From Eledone cirrhosa (lineage: Eukaryota): a DNA stretch of 64,000 bases. Below, piece by piece: positions 15,001-30,000 of the stretch (position 1 is the first letter of the stretch; each line of letters begins with the position of its first letter). The position numbers and the translations under genes were made by a program. The notes beneath the pieces were generated by a model. That model searched no databases. It saw only the letters and a list, made by a program, of their open reading frames with translations, and was not told the DNA's origin. Location: the NCBI GenBank assembly GCA_964016885.1, contig OZ024742.1, forward strand, positions 17,236,001 through 17,300,000. The letters are read 5' to 3'.

Positions 15001-18000
15001 CAGACCCTCTACCTATACTGCCAATCCACCAACCTAACATGGTGTCAGACCCTCTACCTATAATGCCAATCCACCACCCTAGCATGGTGTCAGACCCTCT
15101 ACCTATACTGCCAATCCACCACCCTTACAGGGTGTCAGACCCTCTACCTATACTGCCAATCCACCACCCTAACATGGTGTCAGACCCTCTACCTATAATG
15201 CCAATCCACCAGCCTAGCATGGTGTCAGACCCTCTACCTATAATACCAATCCACCACACTAGCATGGTGTCAGACCCTCTACCTATACTGCCAATCCACC
15301 ACCCTAGCATGGTGTCAGATCCTCTACCTATAATGCCATTCAACCACCCTAGCATGGTGTCAGACCCTCTACCTATACTGCCAATCCAGCATCCTAACAT
15401 GGCGTCAGACCCTCTACCTATACTGCCAATCCACCACCCTAACATGGTGTCAGACACTCTACCGATACTGCCAATCCACCACCCTACCATTGCGTCAGAC
15501 CCTCTACCTATACTGCCAATCCACCACCCTAACATGGTGTCAGACACACTACCGATACTGCCAATCTACCACCCTAACATAGTGTCAGACCCTCTACCTA
15601 TACTGCCAATCTATCACCCTAACATGGTGTCAGACACTCTACCGATACTGCCAATCCACCACCCTAGAATGGCGTCAGACCCTCTATCGATACTGCCAAT
15701 CCAGCGCCCTACCATGGTGTCAGACCCTCTACCTATACTGCCAATCCACCACCCTAGCATGGTGTCAGACCCTCTACCTATACTGCCAATCCACCACCCT
15801 AGCATGGTGTCAGACCCTCCACTGATACTGCCAATCCACCACCCTAGCATGGTGTCAGACCCTCTACCTATACTGCCAATGCAGCATCCCAGCATGGTGT
15901 CAGACCCTCTACCTATACTGCCAATCCACCACACTAACATGGTGTCAGGCCCTCTACAATTACTGCAAATCCACCATCCTAGCATGGCTTCAGACCCTCT
16001 ACCGATATTGCCAATCCACCATCCTAGCATGGCGACAGACCCTCTACCTATACTGCCAATCCAGCATCCTAGCATGGTGTCAGACCCTCTACCTATACTG
16101 CCAATCCACCACACTAACATGGTGTCAGACCCTCTACCGATACTGCCAATGCACCACCCTACCATGGCCTCAGACCTTCTACCTATACTGCCAATCCACC
16201 ACCCTAGCATGGTGTCAGACCCTCTACCGATACTGCCAATCCACCACCCTACCATGGCGTCAGACCCTCTACCTATACTGCCAATTTACCACCCTAACAT
16301 GGTGTCAGACACTCTACCGATACTGCCAATCTACCAACTTAACATGGTGTCAGACCCCCTACCTATACTGCCAATCTACCACCCTAACATGGTGTCAGAC
16401 ACTATACCGATACTGCCATTCCACCACCCTAGCATGGCGTCAGACCCTCTACTGATACTGCCAATCCACCGCCCTTCCATGGTGTCAGACCCTCTACCTA
16501 CACTGCCAATCCAGCACCCTAACATGGTGTCAGACCCACTACCTATAATGCCAACCACCACCCTAGCATGCTGCAGACCCTCTACCTATACAGCCAATCC
16601 TAAATCCTAGCATGGTGTCAGACCCTCTACCTATAATGCCAATCCACCACCCTAGCATGTTGTCAGACCCTCTACCTATACTGCCAATCCACCACCCTAG
16701 CATGGTGTCAGACCCTCTACCTATACTGCCAATCCACCAACCTAACATGGTGTCAGACCCTCTACCTATAATGCCAATCCACCACCCTAGCATGGTGTCA
16801 GACCCTCTACCTATACTGCCAATCCACCACCCTTACAGGGTGTCAGACCCTCTACCTATACTGCCAATCCACCACCCTAACATGGTGTCAGACCCTCTAC
16901 CTATAATGCCAATCCACCAGCCTAGCATGGTGTCAGACCCTCTACCTATAATACCAATCCACCACACTAGCATGGTGTCAGACCCTCTACCTATACTGCC
17001 AATCCACCACCCTAGCATGGTGTCAGATTCTCTACCTATAATGCCATTCAACCACCCTAGCATGGTGTCAGACCCTCTACCTATACTGCCAATCCAGCAT
17101 CCTAACATGGCGTCAGACCCTCTACCTATACTGCCAATCCACCACCCTAACATGGTGTCAGACACTCTACCGATACTGCCAATCCACCACCCTACCATTG
17201 CGTCAGACCCTCTACCTATACTGCCAATCCACCACCCTAACATGGTGTCAGACACACTACCGATACTGCCAATCTACCACCCTAACATAGTGTCAGACCC
17301 TCTACCTATACTGCCAATCTATCACCCTAACATGGTGTCAGACACTCTACCGATACTGCCAATCCACCACCCTAGAATGGCGTCAGACCCTCTATCGATA
17401 CTGCCAATCCAGCGCCCTACCATGGTGTCAGACCCTCTACCTATACTGCCAATCCACCACCCTAGCATGGTGTCAGACCCTCTACCTATACTGCCAATCC
17501 ACCACCCTAGCATGGTGTCAGACCCGCTACCTATAATGCCAATCCACCACCCTAGCATGGTGTCAGACCCTCTACCTATAACACCAATCCACCACACTAG
17601 CATGGTGTCAGACCCTCTAACTATACTGCCAATCCACCACCCTAGCATGGAGTCAGACCCTCTACCTATACTGCCAATCCACCACCCTAACATGGTGTCA
17701 GACCCTCTACCTATAATGACAATCCTCCACCCTAGCATGGCGTCAGACCCTGTACCGATACTGCCATTCCACCATCCTAGCATGGTGTCAGACCCTCTAC
17801 CTATACTGCCAATCCAGCACCCTAACATGGTGTCAGACCCTCTACCTATAATGCCAATCGACCACCCTAGCATGGTGTCAGACCCTCTACCTATAATGCC
17901 AATCCACCACCATAGCATGGTGTCAGACCCTCTACCTATAATGCCAATCAACCACCCTAGCATGGTGTCAGACCCTCTACCTATACTGCCAATCCAGCAT

Positions 18001-21000
18001 CCTAACATGGCGTCAGACCCTCTACCTATACTGCCAATCCACCACCCTAACATGGTGTCAGACACTCTACCGATACTGCCAATCCACCACCCTAGCATGG
18101 TGTCAGACCCTCTACCGATACTGCCAATCCGCAACCCTAGCATGGTGTCAGACCCTCTACCGATACTGCCAATCCACCACCCTAACATGGTGTCAGACCC
18201 TCTACCTATAATGACAATCCTCCACCCTACCATGGCGTCAGACCCTGTACCGATACTGCCAATCCACCACCCTACCATTGCGTCAGACCCTCTACCTATA
18301 CTGCCAATCCACCACCCTAACATGGTGTCAGACACTCTACCGATACTGCCAATCTACCACCCTAACATAGTGTCAGACCCTCTACCTATACTGCCAATCC
18401 ACCACCCTAACATGGTGTCAGGCACTCTACCGATACTGCCAATCCACCACCCTAGCATGGTGTCAGACCCTCTACCGATACTGCCAATCCACAACCCTAG
18501 CATGGTGTCAGACCCTCTACCGATACTGCCAATCCACCACCCTAGCATGGTGTCAGACCCTCTACCGATACTGCCAATCCACCACCCTAACATGGTGTCA
18601 GACCCTCTACCTATAATGACAATCCTCCACCCTAGCATGGCGTCAGACCCTGTACCGATACTGCCAATCCACCACCCTACCATTGCGTCAGACCCTCTAC
18701 CTATACTGCCAATCCACCACCCTAACATGGTGTCAGACACTCTACCGATGCTGCCAATCCACCACCCTAGCATGGCGTCAGACCCTCTACCTATACTGCC
18801 AATCCAGCACCCTAACATGGTGTCAGACCCTCTACCTATACTACCAATCCACCACCCTAGCATGGTGTCAGACCCTCTACCTATACTGCCAATCCAGTAT
18901 CGTAGCATGGTGTCAGACCCTCTACTTTTACTGCCAATCCACCACCCTAGCATGGTGTCAGACCCTCTACTTTTACTGCCAATCCACCACCCTAGCATGG
19001 CGTCAGACTCTCTACCGATACTGCCAATCCACCATCCTAGCATGGCTTCAGACCCTCTACCGATATTGCCAATCCACCATCCTAGCGTGGCGACAGACCC
19101 TCTACCTATACTGCCAATCCAGCATCCTAGCATGGTGTCAGACCCTCTACCTATACTGCCAATCCACCACACTAACATGGTGTCAGACCCTCTACCGATA
19201 CTGCCAATGCACCACCCTACCATGGCGTCAGACCCTCTACCTATACTGCCAATCCACCACCCTAGCATGGTGTCAGACCCTCTACCGATACTGCCAATCC
19301 ACCACCCTAGCATGGCGTCAGACCCTCTACCGATACTGCCAATCCAGCGCCCTACCATTGCGTCAGACCCTCTACCTATACTGCCAATTTACCACCCTAA
19401 CATGGTGTCAGACCCTCTACCTATACTGCCAATCCACCACCCTAGCATGGCGTCAGACCCTCTACCGATACTGCCAATCCAGCGCCCTACCATTGCGTCA
19501 GACCCTCTACCTATACTGCCAATTTACCACCCTAACATGGTGTCAGACACTCTACCTATACTGCCAATCCACCACCCTAGCATGGTGTCAGACCCTCTAC
19601 CTATACTGCCAATCCACCACCCTAGCATGGTATCAGACCTGCTACCTATAATGCCAATCCACCACCCTAGCATGGTGTCAGACCCTCTACCTATAATACC
19701 AATCCACCACACTAGCATCGTGTCAGACCCTCTAACTATACTGCCAATCCACCACCCTAGCATGGAGTCAGACCCTCTACCTATACTGCCAATCCACCAC
19801 CCTAACATGGTGTCAGACCCTCTACCTATAATGACAATCCTCCACCCTAGCATGGCGTCAGACCCTGTACCGATACTGCCATTCCACCATCCTAGCATGG
19901 TGTCAGACCCACTACCTATACTGCCAATCCAGCACCCTAACATGGTGTCAGACCCTCTACCTATAATGCCTATCGACCACCCTAGCATGGTGTCAGACCC
20001 TCTACCTATAATGCCAATCCACCACCATAGCATGGTGTCAGACCCTCTACCTATAATGCCATTCAACCACCCTAGCATGGTGTCAGACCCTCTACCTATA
20101 CTGCCAATCCAGCATCCTAACATGGCGTCAGACCCTCTACCTATACTGCCAATCCACCACCCTAACATGGTGTCAGACACTCTACCGATACTGCCAATCC
20201 ACCACCCTAGCATGGTGTCAGACCCTCTACCGATACTGCCAATCCACCACCCTAGCATGGTGTCAGACCCTCTACCGATACTGCCAATCCACCACCCTAC
20301 CATTGCGTCAGACCCTCTACCTATACTGCCAATCCACCACCCTAACATGGTGTCAGACACTCTACCGATACTGCCAATCTACCACCCTAACATAGTGTCA
20401 GAACCTCTACCTATACTGCCAATCTACCACCCTAACATGGTGTCAGACACTCTACCGATACTGCCAATCCACCACCCTAGCATGGCGTCAGATCCTCTAC
20501 CGATACTGCCAATCTACCACCCTAACATAGTGTCAGACCCTCTACCTATACTGCCAATCCACCACCCTAACATGGTGTCAGACACTCTACCGATACTGCC
20601 AATCCACCACCCTAGCATGGCGTCAGATCCTCTACCTATACTGCCAATCCAGCACCCTAACATGGTGTCAGACCATCTACCTATACTGCCAATCCACCAC
20701 CCTAGCATGGTGTCAGACCCTCTACCTATACTGCCAATCCACCACCCTACCATTGCGTCAGACCCTCTACCTATACTGCCAATCCAGCAACCTAGCATGG
20801 CGTCAGACCCTCTACCTATACTGCCAATCCAGCACCCTAGCATGGTGTCAGACCCTCCACTGATACTGCCAATCCACCACCCTAGCATGGTGTCAGACCC
20901 TCTACCTATACTGCCAATGCAGCATCCTAGCATGGTGTCAGACCCTCTACCTATACTGCCAATCCACCACACTAACATGGTGTCAGACCCTCTACAATTA

Positions 21001-24000
21001 CTGCAAATCCACCATCCTAGCATGGCTTCAGACCCTCTACCGATATTGCCAATCCACCATCCTAGCATGGCGACAGACCCTCTACCTATACTGCCAATCC
21101 AGCATCCTAGCATGGTGTCAGACCCTCTACCTATACTGCCAATCCACCACACTAACATGGTGTCAGACCCTCTACCGATACTGCCAATGCACCACCCTAC
21201 CATGGCCTCAGACCTTCTACCTATACTGCCAATCCACCACCCTAGCATGGTGTCAGACCCTCTACCGATACTGCCAATCCACCACCCTAGCATGGTGTCA
21301 GACCCTCTACCTATACTGCCAATCCACCGCCCTTCCATGGTGTCAGACCCTCTACCTATACTGCCAATCCACCACCCTAACATGGTGTCAGACCCTCTAT
21401 CTATAATGCCAATCCACCACCCTAGCATGTTGTCAGACCCTCTACCTATACTGCCAATCCACCACCCTAGCATGGTGTCAGACCCTCTACCTATACTGCC
21501 AATCCACCAACCTAACATGGTGTCAGACCCTCTACCTATAATGCCAATCCACCACCCTAGCATGGTGTCAGACCCTCTACCTATACTGCCAATCCACCAC
21601 CCTTACAGGGTGTCAGACCCTCTACCTATACTGCCAATCCACCACCCTAACATGGTGTCAGACCCTCTACCTATAATGCCAATCCACCAGCCTAGCATGG
21701 TGTCAGACCCTTTACCTATAATACCAATCCACCACACTAGCATGGTGTCAGACCCTCTACCTATACTGCCAATCCACCACCCTAGCATGGTGTCAGATCC
21801 TCTACCTATAATGCCATTCAACCACCCTAGCATGGTGTCAGACCCTCTACCTATACTGCCAATCCAGCATCCTAACATGGCGTCAGACCCTCTACCTATA
21901 CTGCCAATCCACCACCCTAACATGGTGTCAGACACTCTACCGATACTGCCAATCCACCACCCTACCATTGCGTCAGACCCTCTACCTATACTGCCAATCC
22001 ACCACCCTAACATGGTGTCAGACACACTACCGATACTGCCAATCTACCACCCTAACATAGTGTCAGACCCTCTACCTATACTGCCAATCTATCACCCTAA
22101 CATGGTGTCAGACACTCTACCGATACTGCCAATCCACCACCCTAGAATGGCGTCAGACCCTCTATCGATACTTCCAATCCAGCGCCCTACCATGGTGTCA
22201 GACCCTCTACCTATACTGCCAATCCACCACCCTAGCATGGTGTCAGACCCTCTACCTATACTGCCAATCCACCACCCTAGCATGGTGTCAGACCCGCTAC
22301 CTATAATGCCAATCCACCACCCTAGCATGGTGTCAGACCCTCTACCTATAACACCAATCCACCACACTAGCATGGTGTCAGACCCTCTAACTATACTGCC
22401 AATCCACCACCCTAGCATGGAGTCAGACCCTCTACCTATACTGCCAATCCACCACCCTAACATGGTGTCAGACCCTCTACCTATAATGACAATCCTCCAC
22501 CCTAGCATGGCGTCAGACCCTGTACCGATACTGCCATTCCACCATCCTAGCATGGTGTCAGACCCTCTACCTATACTGCCAATCCAGCACCCTAACATGG
22601 TGTCAGACCCTCTACCTATAATGCCAATCGACCACCCTAGCATGGTGTCAGACCCTCTACCTATAATGCCAATCCACCACCATAGCATGGTGTCAGACCC
22701 TCTACCTATAATGCCAATCAACCACCCTAGCATGGTGTCAGACCCTCTACCTATACTGCCAATCCAGCATCCTAACATGGCGTCAGACCCTCTACCTATA
22801 CTGCCAATCCACCACCCTAACATGGTGTCAGACACTCTACCGATACTGCCAATCCACCACCCTAGCATGGTGTCAGACCCTCTACCGATACTGCCAATCC
22901 GCAACCCTAGCATGGTGTCAGACCCTCTACCGATACTGCCAATCCACCACCCTAACATGGTGTCAGACCCTCTACCTATAATGACAATCCTCCACCCTAC
23001 CATGGCGTCAGACCCTGTACCGATACTGCCAATCCACCACCCTACCATTGCGTCAGACCCTCTACCTATACTGCCAATCCACCACCCTAACATGGTGTCA
23101 GACACTCTACCGATACTGCCAATCTACCACCCTAACATAGTGTCAGACCCTCTACCTATACTGCCAATCCACCACCTTAACATGGTGTCAGGCACTCTAC
23201 CGATACTGCCAATCCACCACCCTAGCATGGTGTCAGACCCTCTACCGATACTGCCAATCCACAACCCTAGCATGGTGTCAGACCCTCTACCGATACTGCC
23301 AATCCACCACCCTAGCATGGTGTCAGACCCTCTACCGATACTGCCAATCCACCACCCTAACATGGTGTCAGACCCTCTACCTATAATGACAATCCTCCAC
23401 CCTAGCATGGCGTCAGACCCTGTACCGATACTGCCAATCCACCACCCTACCATTGCGTCAGACCCTCTACCTATACTGCCAATCCACCACCCTAACATGG
23501 TGTCAGACACTCTACCGATGCTGCCAATCCACCACCCTAGCATGGCGTCAGACCCTCTACCTATACTGCCAATCCAGCACCCTAACATGGTGTCAGACCC
23601 TCTACCTATACTACCAATCCACCACCCTAGCATGGTGTCAGACCCTCTACCTATACTGCCAATCCAGTATCGTAGCATGGTGTCAGACCCTCTACTTTTA
23701 CTGCCAATCCACCACCCTAGCATGGTGTCAGACCCTCTACTTTTACTGCCAATCCACCACCCTAGCATGGCGTCAGACTCTCTACCGATACTGCCAATCC
23801 ACCATCCTAGCATGGCTTCAGACCCTCTACCGATATTGCCAATCCACCATCCTAGCATGGCGACAGACCCTCTACCTATACTGCCAATCCAGCATCCTAG
23901 CATGGTGTCAGACCCTCTACCTATACTGCCAATCCACCACACTAACATGGTGTCAGACCCTCTACCGATACTGCCAATGCACCACCCTACCATGGCGTCA

Positions 24001-27000
24001 GACCCTCTACCTATACTGCCAATCCACCACCCTAGCATGGTGTCAGACCCTCTACCGATACTGCCAATCCACCACCCTAGCATGGCGTCAGACCCTCTAC
24101 CGATACTGCCAATCCAGCGCCCTACCATTGCGTCAGACCCTCTACCTATACTGCCAATTTACCACCCTAACATGGTGTCAGACCCTCTACCTATACTGCC
24201 AATCCACCACCCTAGCATGGCGTCAGACCCTCTACCGATACTGCCAATCCAGCGCCCTACCATTGCGTCAGACCCTCTACCTATACTGCCAATTTACCAC
24301 CCTAACATGGTGTCAGACACTCTACCTATACTGCCAATCCACCACCCTAGCATGGTGTCAGACCCTCTACCTATACTGCCAATCCACCACCCTAGCATGG
24401 TATCAGACCTGCTACCTATAATGCCAATCCACCACCCTAGCATGGTGTCAGACCCTCTACCTATACTGCCAATCCACCACCCTAGCATGGTGTCAGACCC
24501 GCTACCTATAATGCCAATCCACCACCCTAGCATGGTGTCAGACCCTCTACCTATAATGCCAATCCACCACCATAGCATGGTGTCAGACCCTCTACCTATA
24601 ATGCCATTCAACCACCCTAGCATGGTGTCAGACCCTCTACCTATACTGCCAATCCAGCATCCTAACATGGCGTCAGACCCTCTACCTATACTGCCAATCC
24701 ACCACCCTAACATGGTGTCAGACACTCTACCGATACTGCCAATCCACCACCCTAGCATGGTGTCAGACCCTCTACCGATACTGCCAATCCACCACCCTAG
24801 CATGGTGTCAGACCCTCTACCGATACTGCCAATCCACCACCCTACCATTGCGTCAGACCCTCTACCTATACTGCCAATCCACCACCCTAACATGGTGTCA
24901 GACACTCTACCGATACTGCCAATCTACCACCCTAACATAGTGTCAGAACCTCTACCTATACTGCCAATCTACCACTCTAACATGGTGTCAGACACTCTAC
25001 CGATACTGCCAATCCACCACCCTAGCATGGCGTCAGATCCTCTACCGATACTGCCAATCTACCACCCTAACATAGTGTCAGACCCTCTACCTATACTGCC
25101 AATCCACCACCCTAACATGGTGTCAGACACTCTACCGATACTGCCAATCCACCACCCTAGCATGGCGTCAGATCCTCTACCTATACTGCCAATCCAGCAC
25201 CCTAACATGGTGTCAGACCATCTACCTATACTGCCAATCCACCACCCTAGCATGGTGTCAGACCCTCTACCTATACTGCCAATCCACCACCCTACCATTG
25301 CGTCAGACCCTCTACCTATACTGCCAATCCAGCAACCTAGCATGGCGTCAGACCCTCTACCTATACTGCCAATCCAGCACCCTAGCATGGTGTCAGACCC
25401 TCCACTGATACTGCCAATCCACCACCCTAGCATGGTGTCAGACCCTCTACCTATACTGCCAATGCAGCATCCTAGCATGGTGTCAGACCCTCTACCTATA
25501 CTGCCAATCCACCACACTAACATGGTGTCAGACCCTCTACAATTACTGCAAATCCACCATCCTAGCATGGCTTCAGACCCTCTACCGATATTGCCAATCC
25601 ACCATCCTAGCATGGCGACAGACCCTCTACCTATACTGCCAATCCAGCATCCTAGCATGGTGTCAGACCCTCTACCTATACTGCCAATCCACCACACTAA
25701 CATGGTGTCAGACCCTCTACCGATACTGCCAATGCACCACCCTACCATGGCCTCAGACCTTCTACCTATACTGCCAATCCACCACCCTAGCATGGTGTCA
25801 GACCCTCTACCGATACTGCCAATCCACCACCCTAGCATGGTGTCAGACCCTCTACCTATACTGCCAATCCACCGCCCTTCCATGGTGTCAGACCCTCTAC
25901 CTATACTGCCAATCCACCACCCTAACATGGTGTCAGACCCTCTATCTATAATGCCAATCCACCACCCTAGCATGTTGTCAGACCCTCTACCTATACTGCC
26001 AATCCACCACCCTAGCATGGTGTCAGACCCTCTACCTATACTGCCAATCCACCAACCTAACATGGTGTCAGACCCTCTACCTATAATGCCAATCCACCAC
26101 CCTAGCATGGTGTCAGACCCTCTACCTATACTGCCAATCCACCACCCTTACAGGGTGTCAGACCCTCTACCTATACTGCCAATCCACCACCCTAACATGG
26201 TGTCAGACCCTCTACCTATAATGCCAATCCACCAGCCTAGCATGGTGTCAGACCCTCTACCTATAATACCAATCCACCACACTAGCATGGTGTCAGACCC
26301 TCTACCTATACTGCCAATCCACCACCCTAGCATGGTGTCAGATCCTCTACCTATACTGCCAATCCACCACACTAACATGGTGTCAGACCCTCTACCGATA
26401 CTGCCAATGCACCACCCTACCATGGCCTCAGACCTTCTACCTATACTGCCAATCCACCACCCTAGCATGGTGTCAGACCCTCTACCGATACTGCCAATCC
26501 ACCACCCTACCATGGCGTCAGACCCTCTACCTATACTGCCAATTTACCACCCTAACATGGTGTCAGACACTCTACCGATACTGCCAATCTACCAACTTAA
26601 CATGGTGTCAGACCCCCTACCTATACTGCCAATCTACCACCCTAACATGGTGTCAGACACTATACCGATACTGCCAATCCACCACCCTAGCATGGCGTCA
26701 GACCCTCTACCTATACTGCCAATCTACCACCCTAACATGGCGTCAGACCCTCTACCGATACTGCCAATCCACCGCCCTTCCATGGTGTCAGACCCTCTAC
26801 CTACACTGCCAAACCAGCACCCTAACATGGTGTCAGACCCACTACCTATAATGCCAACCACCACCCTAGCATGCTGCAGACCCTCTACCTATACAGCCAA
26901 TCCTAAATCCTAGCATGGTGTCAGACCCTCTACCGATACTGCCAATCCACCACCCTAGCATGGTGTCAGACCCTCTACCTATACTGCCAATCCACCACCC

Positions 27001-30000
27001 TAGCATGGTGTCAGACCCTCTACCTATACTGCCAATCCACCAACCTAACATGGTGTCAGACCCTCTACCTATAATGCCAATCCACCACCCTAGCATGGTG
27101 TCAGACCCTCTACCTATACTGCCAATCCACCACCCTTACAGGGTGTCAGACCCTCTACCTATACTGCCAATCCAGCACCCTAACATGGTGTCAGACCCTC
27201 TACCTATAATGCCAATCCACCAGCCTAGCATGGTGTTAGACCCTCTACCTATAATACCAATCCACCACACTAGCATGGTGTCAGACCCTCTACCTATACT
27301 GCCAATCCACCACCCTAGCATGGTGTCAGATCCTCTACCTATACTGCCAATCCACCACCCTAACATGGTGTCAGACCCTCTACCTATAATGCCAATCCAC
27401 CACCCTAGCATGGCGTCAGACCCTGTACCGATACTGCCATTCCACCATCCTAGCATGGTCTCAGACCCTCTACCTATACTGCCATTCCAGCACCCTAACA
27501 TGGTGTCAGACCCTCTACCTATAATGCCAATCGACCACCCTAGCATGGTGTCAGACCCTCTACCTATAATGCCAATCCACCACCATAGCATGGTGTCAGA
27601 CCCTCTACCTATAATGCCAATCACCCACCCTAGCATGGTGTCAGACCCTCTACCTATACTGCCGATCCAGCATCCTGACATGGTGTCAGACCCTCTACCT
27701 ATACTGCCAATCCACCACCTAACATGGTGTCAGACCCTCTACCGTTACTGCCAATTCACCACCCTAACATGGTGTCAGACTCTCTACCGACACTGCCAAT
27801 CCACCACCCTACCATGGTGTCAGACACTCTACCTATACTGCCAATCCACCACCCTAGCATGGTGTCAGACACACTACCTATAATGCCAATCCACCACCCT
27901 AGCATGGTGTCAGACCCTCTACCGATACTGCCAATCCACCACCCTACCATTGCGTCAGACCCTCTACCTATACTGCCAATCCACCACCCTAGCATGGTGT
28001 CAGACCCTCTACCTATACTGCCAATCCAGCACCCTAACATGGTGTCAGACACTACCGATACTGCCAATCCAGCACCCTAACATGGTGTCAGACACTACCG
28101 ATACTGCCAATCCACCACCCTAGCATGGCGTCAGACCCTCTACCGATACTGCCAATCCAGCACCCTAACATGGTGTCAGACCCTCTACCTATACTGCCAA
28201 TCCAGCAACCTAGCATGGCGTTAGATCCTCTAACTATACTGCCAATCCAGCATCCTAGCATGGCGTCAGACCCTCTACCTATACTGCCAATCCAGCACCC
28301 TAGCATGGTGTCAGACCCTCCACTGATACTGCCAATCCACCACCCTAGCATGGTGTCAGACCCTCTACCTATACTGCCAATCCAGCACCCTAACATGGTG
28401 TCAGACCCTCTACCTATACTGCCAATCCACCACCCTAACAGGGTGTCAGACCCTCTACCTATACTGCCAATCCACCACCCTAACATGGTGTCAGACCCTC
28501 TACCTATAATGCCAATGCACCACCCTAGCATGGTGTTAGACCCTCTACCTATAATGCCAATCCACCACCCTAGCATGGTGTCAGACGCTCTACCTATAAT
28601 GCCAATCCACCACCCTTACATGGTGTCAGACACTCTACCTATAATGCCAATCCACCACCCTAGCATGGTGTCAGACCCTCTACCTATACTGCCAATCCAC
28701 CACCCTAGCATGGTGTCAGACCCGCTACCTATAATGCCAATCCACCAGCCTAGCATGGTGTCACACCCTCTACCTATAATACCAATCCACCACACTAGCA
28801 TGGTGTCAGACCCTCTACCTATACTGCCAATCCACCACCCTAGCATGGTGTCAGATCCTCTACCTATACTGCCAATCTACCACCCTAACATGGTGTCAGA
28901 CCCTCTACCTATAATGCCAATCCACCACCCTAGCATGGCGTCAGACCCTGTACCGATACTGCCATTCCACCATCCTAACATGGTCTCAGACCCTCTACCT
29001 ATACTGCCATTCCAGCACCCTAACATGGTGTCAGACCCTCTACCTATAACACCAATCGACCACCCTAGCATGGTGTCAGACCCTCTACCTATAATGCCAA
29101 TCCATCACCATAGCATGGTGTCAGACCCTCTACCTATAATGCCAATCACCCACCCTAGCATGGTGTCAGACCCTCTACCTATACTGCCGATCCAGCATCC
29201 TAACATGGTGTCAGACCCTCTACCTATACTGCCAATCCACCACCTAACATGGTGTCAGACCCTCTACCGTTACTGCCAATTCACCACCCTAACATGGTGT
29301 CAGACTCTCTACCGATACTGCCAATCCACCACCCTACCATGGTGTCAGACACTCTACCTATACTACCAATCCACCACCCTAGCATGGTGTCAGACACACT
29401 ACCTATAATGCCAATCCACCACCCTAGCATGGTGTCAGACCCTCTACCTATACTGCCAATCCGCCACCCTGACATGGTGTCAGACACTCTATCGATACTG
29501 CCAATCTACCATCCTAACATAGTGTCAGACCCTCTACCTATACTGCCAATCTACCACCCTAACATGGTGTCGGACTCTCTACCGATACTGCCAATTCACC
29601 ACCCTAACATGGTGTCAGACTCTCTACCGATACTGCCAATCCACCACCCTACCATGGTGTCAGACACTCTACCTATACTGCCAATCCACCACCCTACCAT
29701 GGTGTCAGACACTCTACCTATACTGCCAATCCACCACCCTAGCATGGTGTCACACCCTCTACCTATACTGCCGATCCAGCATCCTAACATGGTGTCAGAC
29801 CCTCTACCTATACTGCCAATCCACCACCTAACATGGTGTCAGACCCTCTACCGTTACTGCCAATTCACCACAGTAACATAGTGTCAGACCCTCTACCTAT
29901 ACTGCCAATCTACCACCCTAACATGGTGTCAGACACTCTACCGATACTGCCAATCCACCACCCTAGCATGGCGTCAGATCCTCTACCTATACTGCCAATC

